Shown: positions 21,802-30,142 of the stretch, one piece after another | Layout of the letters: each line of letters starts with the position of its first letter | How positions within the stretch are numbered: position 1 is the first letter of the stretch | DNA from: Candidatus Hydrogenedentota bacterium | GTDB lineage: Bacteria; Hydrogenedentota; Hydrogenedentia; Hydrogenedentales; SLHB01 | Assembly (NCBI GenBank): GCA_963745075.1 | Contig: CAVUWV010000001.1 | Location: 128,001 to 192,000, forward strand | Direction of reading: 5' to 3' | Length of the DNA: 64,000 nt | The notes under the pieces: model-generated | Told to the model about the DNA's origin: nothing | Databases searched by the model: none | The model's input: the letters and a program-made list of their open reading frames with translations, nothing else | Program-made: the position numbers and the translations under genes

Positions 21802-21916
21802 TGCTGAGGACCTAATTTCACCAAGCGACGCAAGTCGGGGCGATAATTCGGACAGCACCACAACGCGCCGCAGGCAAGCCTGCTTCGGGAAAGCAGCCGC
21901 AAGCGGCCGCACTCCA
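21763..21916. repeat. REPIN-like unit (family A) with perfect 27-bp terminal inverted repeats
   Basis: tggagtgcggccgcttgcggctgcttt (21763-21789) and its reverse complement (21890-21916). Confidence 0.85.
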
Positions 21917-21974
21917 CACAAAACGGGCTCAAGACGCCCATGCTCACTTTTGTTTTAGACCACTGGATCGCGGT

Positions 21975-22646
21975 TTACTCCAGGCGCTTGAGGTAGATGT
22001 CTTTGAATTGGACTTTTTGAACGATGTTGGCCCGGAGCTGCAACCCGAGAACTCCGCTGGGGCGAAAGTATTCGGGTTGGTTGTCAATGAACTCGGCGGA
22101 GACCACGCCGTTGATCGTGCAGATAATGTGATTGCCCCTGGCGATGATGTGATAGTCGTTCCACTCGCCGTTATCGCGGTTGGCGGCGTTTTCTCCAATA
22201 CGCATCGTGGTGAACGTGCCGTCCTCCTCGGCAATGGTCTTGTGCCCGTTCAACACGAGCTTGCTCTTGCGGCCGGTGCGTTCCGAGTTGAACGAACCAA
22301 AATAGGAGCCGTCATCGCAGATGTCGGCCTGGGGACCCACGGCCTCGCCGTCCTCCCTGATTTCGCTTCGAAACTGGATGCCGGAGTTGCCGCGGTTGTC
22401 CTCGAGCCGAAATTTTAATTTCAGTTCAAAGTCTGCAATCTCACCCCCCTGCCACACGAGGTATTGATTGGACTCGCAGAGGTTCTCCGGCGTCGATTGC
22501 GCGGTGATTGCGCCATCCTCAATCGACCAGAAACGTTCATCCGGCACGGCCCACCCTTCGAAGGACTTGCCATCGAAGAGTGACTGAAATTCCTCCGCGC
22601 CTGCCGCTGCACTAAGAACCATCGCCACTGCAAGTAAAGTCCGCAT
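21975..22646 (-). CDS. DUF1080 (3-keto-disaccharide hydrolase family) secreted protein
   Basis: SLFDGKSFEGW, DFELKLKF, GNSGIQFRS, EWNDYHI, GVLGLQL, VQFKDI; signal peptide. Confidence 0.9.
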   Translation of the reverse strand: MRTLLAVAMVLSAAAGAEEFQSLFDGKSFEGWAVPDERFWSIEDGAITAQSTPENLCESNQYLVWQGGEIADFELKLKFRLEDNRGNSGIQFRSEIREDGEAVGPQADICDDGSYFGSFNSERTGRKSKLVLNGHKTIAEEDGTFTTMRIGENAANRDNGEWNDYHIIARGNHIICTINGVVSAEFIDNQPEYFRPSGVLGLQLRANIVQKVQFKDIYLKRLE

Positions 22647-22863
22647 GAACTCTCCCCACGTCCAGCACTACCACGCCATTTTGAACTCGACCGCAGATGT
22701 CCGTGCTGATATTGTCCTTCAACCCCGGCGCGGGGTCAAGGTGGCAACGAATGGGATGCCCGGAGAGCATCGGGACTCAGCAACCACTTGTTGCGCTTCG
22801 CGCCGTGGCGCTCTAGTGTACGGGAAGTCCGCCCATTCCGGACGCCCTCAAGCGCTCTGCACC

Positions 22864-23115
22864 GTGCCGAATTGCGCGGCTAACCGTACTTTGCCGCCAT
22901 GGGCGCCGTCCCCTGGCGCGGCGGCAGACACGCACCCGGATTCCTCAGCCTCCAGCCCAATCCCGCTGCAACGCCCTGCGGCCTATATGGATAAGGACAA
23001 CTCCGCCCATGCCAATCAGCCTCGCATACGCCACGTTTCACAATGTACACTTCACCCGACACACTTCGGCATCACACCCCCTTGTATCGTCAAAAAGAAA
23101 AAGGGGTGCACCCCC
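22864..23115. repeat. ~260 bp diverged direct repeat, copy 2
   Basis: Collinear with 21063-21325, with several small indels. Confidence 0.85.
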
Positions 23116-23194
23116 TCCCCGAAGGCACGAAACCCTGTACGCATAGAGCGTATTTCAAAAGTGGTCATCGCACGATTCAACAGAGATGCGGCGG

Positions 23195-23271
23195 ATGTAG
23201 CGCAGGCGTCCTCGCCTGCATTCTTTGGGGTCTTGTCTCAGCATATGCAGGCGAGGACGCCTGCGCTACAT
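23195..23271. repeat. REP doublet with perfect 27-bp inverted repeats
   Basis: atgtagcgcaggcgtcctcgcctgcat (23195-23221) and its reverse complement (23245-23271). Confidence 0.85.
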
Positions 23272-23373
23272 TTCGCGCGACAGGTAGACTGTAATCTCTA
23301 TATGAAGATGGATCCCCGCGTTCGCGAGGATGACGGTTTTGCGAGACCGGAGACCGGAGGCTGGAGGCTGTCC

Positions 23374-25533
23374 CTATTCAGTCAACGTGATTTGCTTCGC
23401 GCTGTTTCCTACCACCCTCCACGCAGCGGACTCGGCATTCTTTATGTCGCCGTCGTTGGAAGTGACGGCAACCACCATGTTCGTGTCGGGAATGAACACG
23501 ACCAGGGCGTACCACATGGTATTGGACCCGTTGTGCCAAAAGAGGGTATGAGGGATTGCCCCGTCGGGTTCCTTCTTCACCCAGCCGCAGGCGTAGTCGT
23601 CGAGTTCAGGCGTGTGCAGCGCCTTGTAGGTCTCGGCAGAGAGTAGTGTGCCATCGCCACGTTCGCCGCGCAGATGTTCCGTCGCGTAGGTGCAGAGATC
23701 TGCAAGCGTCATATGCACGATGCCTGCGGGGCCGATGATGAAGGTATTGTCCGCGTCGTCGCCCATCGCGACCTTCCAGCCGAAGGCCTCCGTGTGACCG
23801 CGAGGCTGGTCCAGCGTCTTGTCCGGACTCTTGGGTGGGCCGAATCCCGCGCTCGCCAAGTGCAGCGGTTCGAAGACTTCGCGGGTCACGAGGTCGTCCC
23901 AGGTTTCGCCGGTCACTTGTTCCGCCATGGCGCCGGCGATGGTGAAGCCGACGTTCGAGTAGACGTACCGTTCGCCCGGCGGCGTTGCCGGCTTCTTGGC
24001 GAGCACGTTCAATACGGCTTCCCGCCGCGCTTGGGTACTTTCGCGACCGAGCGCCGGCTTCTTCATCGCCACAAATGAGGAGAAGTTCGGCGGCGCGCCC
24101 GACGAGTGAGTGAGCAGTTGCCGGAGCGTGACCGGTTTCCAGTCCTCGTGGATGGATGCGCCGGGAAAGGTCTCGCCGAGGGTGTCGGACCAGTTCATCT
24201 TCCCGGACTCGATCAGGCGTCCGATCATCGTAGCCGTGACGGACTTGGTGATGGACCCCAGGTGCCATCGGTCGTCGATCGTGAGCGGTACCTCGCTGCC
24301 GTGCTTTCGTTCTCCGTCGACCGCGGACGCGACGGTTTTCCCATCGACCATAACCATCGCCGCGAGACCGACGAGTCCCTTCTCTTCACGAAGGCTGGGG
24401 ATCAACTCCGAGAGCGGAACGACCGGCTCGCGGGCTTGGGCGGCATCGCGGATGGCTTTGCGGTTGGCCCAGGTCATGGGAACGTCTTCGAGCGTCCGGG
24501 TCTCCGACGTATCCAGCGTTTGAACCACCAGCGTGACCGTGTCATCCGGCGGATGGCCCATGCGGGTGAGCAGCTCGACGAGGTCCTCTTCGAATCGCTT
24601 CTGCCATTTACCGCCGTAGTTCTCTTGGCTGAACGCGACAATTTCAGGGGTTGGGATCCCGTCCAGCGACACGAGCTTGTACCAAGTTCCGTCGACTTCA
24701 ACGTTTGGTTGAGCATCCTCCCAGCGCACCGCGGAGAAGGGAGATAGCTTCGGATACTCGTCACCAAACCTGGTATCAATGTACTTGGCTGTATAGAGTA
24801 TGGTCGGTACGCCGATGAACAGGATCGCGAAAAAGAGAATGGTTGCGACGATTAGTCGCCGACGCGAACACTTCTTCCGATTGGCGCCCATGAGTATGGG
24901 GTACTCGCCGGTCACCCCGCGTTTCGATTCGTCGTTGAGACTGGTGAGCAGCGCGAGCAATTCCTGGCGCTGCGGCTCGAGCTGCTTTCGCACGGCGTAT
25001 TGATTCAGCCAATAAATGAAACCATAGACCGCAAACAGAAAGAAGGATGACGTTGTCGCGGTGCCAAGAAACTCTAACCAGCTATGATACGTTCGCCAGG
25101 AAACATGGATGAAGAATGCGAGGATCGAAACAGTGAACGGCAGCAGATACCACCAGGCGACGTTGCGCAGCAGCCAGATTTGATGCTCCACCTGGGCTAG
25201 GGAATCCTTCGCGCTGGTCAGCAGCGAATCGCCCGGTCCAGGCGCCTTTTGCGGGTGGCGCATCCGGTCCACGAAGATGAATCCCATAACCCAAAGCAGC
25301 GCCGGTACCGTGAGATACCAGGTCCACGGAAGCGACAACGCGTACCCCATAACGAACCATATTGGCAGCATCACCATGGCGACGACTACTTCGCGGAAAT
25401 CGCGCCAGAAGATCATCGATCGAAAGTTACTTTGGGAGCGTTGCACTTCTTGCAGCAGCAGATCGGCGTTCACCGTAACCCGGGTCTGGGACGATTGCGC
25501 TCTCCAGGCTTCTTGAAAGTTGTCAGGGTTCAT
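23374..25533 (-). CDS. Multi-pass membrane protein fused to a beta-lactamase-family serine hydrolase
   Basis: About 5 TM helices in the first 250 aa; GSITKS (SxxK), LLTHSSG, YSN, WHNGS; ATGA overlap with the upstream sigma gene. Confidence 0.85.
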   Translation of the reverse strand: MNPDNFQEAWRAQSSQTRVTVNADLLLQEVQRSQSNFRSMIFWRDFREVVVAMVMLPIWFVMGYALSLPWTWYLTVPALLWVMGFIFVDRMRHPQKAPGPGDSLLTSAKDSLAQVEHQIWLLRNVAWWYLLPFTVSILAFFIHVSWRTYHSWLEFLGTATTSSFFLFAVYGFIYWLNQYAVRKQLEPQRQELLALLTSLNDESKRGVTGEYPILMGANRKKCSRRRLIVATILFFAILFIGVPTILYTAKYIDTRFGDEYPKLSPFSAVRWEDAQPNVEVDGTWYKLVSLDGIPTPEIVAFSQENYGGKWQKRFEEDLVELLTRMGHPPDDTVTLVVQTLDTSETRTLEDVPMTWANRKAIRDAAQAREPVVPLSELIPSLREEKGLVGLAAMVMVDGKTVASAVDGERKHGSEVPLTIDDRWHLGSITKSVTATMIGRLIESGKMNWSDTLGETFPGASIHEDWKPVTLRQLLTHSSGAPPNFSSFVAMKKPALGRESTQARREAVLNVLAKKPATPPGERYVYSNVGFTIAGAMAEQVTGETWDDLVTREVFEPLHLASAGFGPPKSPDKTLDQPRGHTEAFGWKVAMGDDADNTFIIGPAGIVHMTLADLCTYATEHLRGERGDGTLLSAETYKALHTPELDDYACGWVKKEPDGAIPHTLFWHNGSNTMWYALVVFIPDTNMVVAVTSNDGDIKNAESAAWRVVGNSAKQITLTE

Positions 25534-26048
25534 AACGATTCACCATTCATCAGCGCGGTTAACGCCTTCTTTGCACGGTTCAGTTTCACGCCGACATTGC
25601 TTTCCGAGATGCCCAGTACTTCGGCCATCTCCCGGTAACTCAGTTCGTCGAGGTAGAGCAGCACCAAGGCCGCATCGCCTTTCGGTAACTTCTGGATTGC
25701 GTTGTAGAGTTGCTCGACCATCTCGCGCTGCTGCGCTTGCTCGGCACCGTCAACCCCTTCCGCCGGGATGACCTGAACGTCCAGTAACGGTTGTTGTTTC
25801 GATCGGCGCGGTTGATCCTTCCGATGCCAATTCATCGCGGTGTTCAATGCCACGCGGTAGAACCACGTGGCCGCGTTTGCCTTTCCCTCGAAACTTGGCA
25901 AAGATCGCCAGGCCTGGAGCAGGATCTCTTGCGCGAGATCCTGACAGTCCTCGTGGGTGAGGGTATACGCACGCGCCACCTTCATGACGGCGGCGCCGTG
26001 CTCGTCAAGCCACGTCATGAACAGCGATTTTTGATCTTCGTCAATCAA
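25530..26048 (-). CDS. ECF RNA polymerase sigma factor
   Basis: DLAQEILLQAW...TWFYRVALN (region 2); LSYREMAEVLGISESNVGVKLNRAK (region 4). Confidence 0.93.
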   Translation of the reverse strand: MIDEDQKSLFMTWLDEHGAAVMKVARAYTLTHEDCQDLAQEILLQAWRSLPSFEGKANAATWFYRVALNTAMNWHRKDQPRRSKQQPLLDVQVIPAEGVDGAEQAQQREMVEQLYNAIQKLPKGDAALVLLYLDELSYREMAEVLGISESNVGVKLNRAKKALTALMNGESL

Positions 26049-26158
26049 TGTAGCGCCTCATTCCACAAGTATTGGTAACTCGAACAAGCGTTTCCTTACA
26101 ATACCGATTTACCCCGCAGTCGATTTCATGATATAGCTTCCCACAAGATGAGGGAATG

Positions 26159-26311
26159 TGGAGTGCGGCCGCTTGCGGCTGCTTTTTCGGAGCAGGTTTA
26201 CCTGCGGTTCATTATTACGGCGTGTCGATTCTCGCCAGAAGTTTGGCGCTTGGTCGAAAGCGGGCTTTCCAAATTGACCAGAGAAAAGCACCCGCAAGCG
26301 GCCGCACTCCA
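26159..26311. repeat. REPIN-like unit (family A), inverted relative to 21763-21916
   Basis: Same 27-bp termini (one mismatch), near-identical length, shared internal ccgcagg.aa.cctgct hairpin. Confidence 0.85.
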
Positions 26312-26341
26312 TATTTCACATCGCACTTCTCTTACTGCAAT

Positions 26342-26466
26342 ACTGGGTGCGCCGGGCACCAGCCCGGCGTTTCGGAGCGAGGGCGTCATTTGCTGCAATA
26401 ACGTTTTTGGAGGGAGAGCCTTGGATCCTCCGAAGCGCCACCTTGGTGCGTGGCGTTCCCAGTGGG
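26342..26466. repeat. REP doublet (family C); further copies at 32677-32710 and 35092-35126
   Basis: actggg..cgcc....c(a/g)cca hairpin unit in inverted orientation. Confidence 0.7.
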
Positions 26467-26490
26467 TCCACTTTCTAGGGAGGCTGGAAT

Positions 26491-27054
26491 TTGTGCGATG
26501 AATCCAAATTGAACGAAGTCCTCATCGGCGGTGTCGAGAGGCGCGACATCGTGCTCGTCGCATACGACGCGGCGTGGGTCGGGCGTTTTGAGGAACATGC
26601 GGTGCGCATCCGCGCGGCGCTGGGGGAGCGTGCGCTCCGTATCGAGCATATCGGGTCGACGGCGGTGCCGGGGTTGGCGGCGAAGGCGATTGTCGACATC
26701 CTGGTCGTCGTGCCGGATTCGGGGGATGAGGGGTCGTATCTGCCCGCGTTGGAGAAGGCCGGATACCAGTTGCGGGTTCGGGAACCGGACTTTCACGAGC
26801 ATCGGATGTTGCGAACACCCGAACGGGATGTGCACGTGCATGTGTACTCGAAGGGGTGTCCGGAGATTGAGCGGAATCTTGTGTTTCGCGACCGCTTGCG
26901 AGGGAACGCAGAGGACCGTCAGCGGTACGAGACGACGAAGCGCGCGTTGGCGGCGCAGTCGTGGTCCGACATGAACGCGTACGCTGAGGCAAAAACGGAA
27001 GTCATCGAGGGCATTATCGCGTCCGAAAGGGGGGACCGGTCGCAAGGCGCGTAG
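26491..27054 (+). CDS. GrpB-family nucleotidyltransferase-fold protein
   Basis: IEHIGSTAVPGLAAKAIVDI, FRDRLR, Y...KR.LA, YAEAK. Confidence 0.92.
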   Translation: MCDESKLNEVLIGGVERRDIVLVAYDAAWVGRFEEHAVRIRAALGERALRIEHIGSTAVPGLAAKAIVDILVVVPDSGDEGSYLPALEKAGYQLRVREPDFHEHRMLRTPERDVHVHVYSKGCPEIERNLVFRDRLRGNAEDRQRYETTKRALAAQSWSDMNAYAEAKTEVIEGIIASERGDRSQGA

Positions 27055-27170
27055 GCAGAAGAAGAATTGGGGCAGCAACCATTCTTCCAATTGCGATGGT
27101 CCCAAACCTCTGCCCGCTGCAACTATGGTGTACCTTCTTGGAAACGAGGCCACCGAAGTCGCAATAGGGT

Positions 27171-29855
27171 ATGCCGATGGACGATGCCGCATTGTTGAAG
27201 CGCTGGACGAGCCGGCGGGACGCGCAGACATTCAACGAAATTGTTGAGCGGTTCGCGGACCAGGTGTTTACCACGTGCCGGCGCGTCGTGGGCAACGAGG
27301 CCGATGCGGAGGAAGTCGCACAGGACTGTTTCCTGTTGTTGCTGCGTTCCCGGGGCGAGATCCGCTCGTCGCTGGGAGGCTGGCTCCACGGGGTCGCGAC
27401 CAACAAAGGGCGCGAACGGGTCCGGTCGGACGTCAACCGTCGCAAACGGGAACAGGCGTACGCCCGCGAGACCGGCCAGATCGCCGACGCCAGTTGGGAC
27501 GACATTCAGGAGTTTGTGGACGCGGCCCTCGAGACGCTTCCCCCGGCTACCCGCGACGTGATTGTGGCGCACTTTATCGGCCGGAAGACCCAGGCGGCGA
27601 TTGCGTCCGAGCTGCGGATCAGCCGGCGCGCGGTTTCCCACCGAATACAGCGCGGCCTCGCATCGGTGCGGCGCGAACTGGGCCGCAGAGGCGTAGCAAT
27701 CACGGCGGTCGCGGTTGGTTCAGCTTTGGCCGCGGATGCAAGCGTCGCGCCCACTTCCTTGAAGGCTTCACTGGGAAAACTCGCCATTGCCGCCGGAACT
27801 GCTTCCGGTACGGGCGGGGGAACCGCAATCAGCGCGTTGCTGGGAAGCCTATTGATCATGAAGACAAAGATCGCAGTCGTTTGTGTCGTGGCGTGCCTCT
27901 TTGCGGTTGGGTTTGCTCTCCTGGCGACGCGTGACATAGGTGACGCGCCGGTTTCACTGTCGGGGAACGTGACCGACGAACCAACTCCGCCTGTTACAGG
28001 CCAGCAGGTCGCCGAGGCGATAATCGATGCGGTTTCAGCGCGCGCGCCGGATGACAATGCAGATGACGCGCCAACGCTCGAGGATCTGCTGGCATTATCG
28101 CAGACGGAGTTGGAGCGTACGCTTAAAGAATATCCCGCGATAGCGAATCCAGATGACTATGCTTTGGTGTCCGGTGTGGTGCTTGATCGGAACAGCTACG
28201 CCATACCCCGTGCCAAGGTCACACTCGTTCCGACCAGGGAATGGGGCAAGATTCCGAGCGTGGAGCACTTAGGTCTCTCCGCGACCAGCGACGCGGAAGG
28301 CGCGTACCACATAGTCGGTATCGCGCACAGCGGGGATTTTCGCATTAGCGCTGCCAAACCCGGGTACGTGAGCGCAGCGAACTATGTGCGCATCGATCCC
28401 GGGACCGATGCGCGCTCCGACTTCACACTGCAGGATGGACTTTCGCTGGAGGGGCGTGTCTTATCGGCGTCGGGCATACCCGTTCCGGATGCGTACCTTT
28501 TTTGCATCGGTTTGACAGGCCCACGCACGTTGTTATCGGATCTGAAACGCGCGACACAGACCGACGCGGAGGGCCGGTTCGTTCTTGGGTTCGCCGAAAA
28601 GGAGCGGGGACTTGTAGCGGCGGTGCGCGTGCAATCGGCGAGTCAGGGCGCGTCCACGTTCCCGGATATCTTGATTCAGGACGAGCGTCCGGTCGAATTG
28701 CGGCTGACGGGACAAGCGGTGATTCGTGGAACGGTGCGAAACCCCAAAGGAAACCCGTTGCCGGGCGCGCATGTTAAGTTTTTCGCGCATAAGTCCATCA
28801 ACTTACCGCGCAATGATGGCACGGCGTGGGCAAGCCCTTCATTCGCCGGCAATTTTGTGGGGGTTTGTGACGAATCGGGCCGTTACGCGACCGAGGTGGA
28901 CTCGGGAATGGACTACGAAGCGAAGGTAGAGGCGCCTGGCGCGGCCGATAAGGGCGCCAGGCGGGATGTGCTTACCGCGCTCCAGGCCGGCGAGACGCGG
29001 GAATACAATCCGGTGGTTAACACGGGTACGATTACGGTGCGGGCAGCCATTGTGGGCCTGCAAACCGGTAAGCCGTTTGCCAGCTACGTAATGGTCGGCG
29101 CGGTTGCGTTGAAGAATGGCAACGTTGTGGCGATCGGCAAGCAAGATGGTTATTTTGCCGTGCGATTCGTGTTTCTAGGGGAGCCGGCGGAATACTCCTT
29201 TCAGGCGGTTTACTTGGACAACCCGGAATTGACCGGTGACGTTTCCGGACCCTACGACCTGGAAAACGGAGACGACATTGACATCACGCTGAATTTGCCT
29301 GACCCGCAGTCGTTTTCGGTTCGCGCGGTAGACCCCAATGGCGAGCCGGTGGCGGGCGCCGCGGTACAGTTTCGTATGGAAACATCGAGCGGAATCGGAA
29401 AGCATGGCGTGACCAATTCTGAGGGGCGTCTTGACGAACCGGTTCTCCTGGCGCCTTTGTGCGGCGCGCAGGTTGTCCTCGCGAAGCCGGGCTATGCGAC
29501 GGCTTACGGCGCTGTCAGAGGGGATCAACGGCCAGGTACGGTGCATCCCGAAGAGACCCTTGTACTTTGGCCGGCGGCGGGTTTTGAGGGCGATCTGGAG
29601 GACAACGAGGGGAATCCATTGCCGGACACGGCGCTGACGATTACGGTGACGAATTCAGAGGGGCGGGTCTGGCCGCTTGAAATCAGCACCGATTCGTCGG
29701 GGCATTTCACGATTGGCGACCAAGCGCCCGCGGATCTGGTCGACATCAGCATTTCGAGGGAAGATAGCGGCGCGCAGGTGTGGTCTGCAGATGGGGTCGT
29801 TCTACAAGCCGGCGGCATTTCGGACATGGGCGAGATCGTGCTGGAGGCGGAATAG
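27171..29855 (+). CDS. ECF sigma factor with transmembrane helix and long extracytoplasmic extension of carboxypeptidase-regulatory-like repeats (894 aa)
   Basis: DAEEVAQDCFL...GGWLHGVA; TQAAIASELRISRRAVSHRI; TM segment near aa 235-252; repeated G.V...G.P...A.V...TD..G.F. Confidence 0.88.
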   Translation: MPMDDAALLKRWTSRRDAQTFNEIVERFADQVFTTCRRVVGNEADAEEVAQDCFLLLLRSRGEIRSSLGGWLHGVATNKGRERVRSDVNRRKREQAYARETGQIADASWDDIQEFVDAALETLPPATRDVIVAHFIGRKTQAAIASELRISRRAVSHRIQRGLASVRRELGRRGVAITAVAVGSALAADASVAPTSLKASLGKLAIAAGTASGTGGGTAISALLGSLLIMKTKIAVVCVVACLFAVGFALLATRDIGDAPVSLSGNVTDEPTPPVTGQQVAEAIIDAVSARAPDDNADDAPTLEDLLALSQTELERTLKEYPAIANPDDYALVSGVVLDRNSYAIPRAKVTLVPTREWGKIPSVEHLGLSATSDAEGAYHIVGIAHSGDFRISAAKPGYVSAANYVRIDPGTDARSDFTLQDGLSLEGRVLSASGIPVPDAYLFCIGLTGPRTLLSDLKRATQTDAEGRFVLGFAEKERGLVAAVRVQSASQGASTFPDILIQDERPVELRLTGQAVIRGTVRNPKGNPLPGAHVKFFAHKSINLPRNDGTAWASPSFAGNFVGVCDESGRYATEVDSGMDYEAKVEAPGAADKGARRDVLTALQAGETREYNPVVNTGTITVRAAIVGLQTGKPFASYVMVGAVALKNGNVVAIGKQDGYFAVRFVFLGEPAEYSFQAVYLDNPELTGDVSGPYDLENGDDIDITLNLPDPQSFSVRAVDPNGEPVAGAAVQFRMETSSGIGKHGVTNSEGRLDEPVLLAPLCGAQVVLAKPGYATAYGAVRGDQRPGTVHPEETLVLWPAAGFEGDLEDNEGNPLPDTALTITVTNSEGRVWPLEISTDSSGHFTIGDQAPADLVDISISREDSGAQVWSADGVVLQAGGISDMGEIVLEAE

Positions 29856-30142
29856 ACGGTCGGCAAACGCTCGTGAATAGATGCGCGCCTCGACGGCACT
29901 ACCTTTCCCTCCCGAGTCCCCGCCGCGCGCTGTGCCACGTTCGCGGTCGGGGCTACGTGGACGGGATGACATTAGAAATAAGTCGGTGATAACCGTTTAT
30001 TTATCGTTGACTGACTTGGGACTGGGTAATTCTTGGCATCATGGACATTGAAGTCTTCTCGCAATAGTGGCATAAGACGAAAGGACCTAACAGGTCGTTG
30101 CGTTCAATGTACGGCTTGTCTCATACCCGGTTGGAGGTTTCC

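Noticed and set aside
20891..23294. Paired small ORFs MSGEVYIVKRGVC... and MYTSPDTLR... as a protein family
   Set aside because: Similarity appears on both strands and is broken by indels, so it reflects the DNA repeat rather than coding conservation
22645..23646. 333-aa plus-strand ORF
   Set aside because: Runs through the 260-bp repeat, REP doublets and the antisense strand of the hydrolase gene; not protein-like
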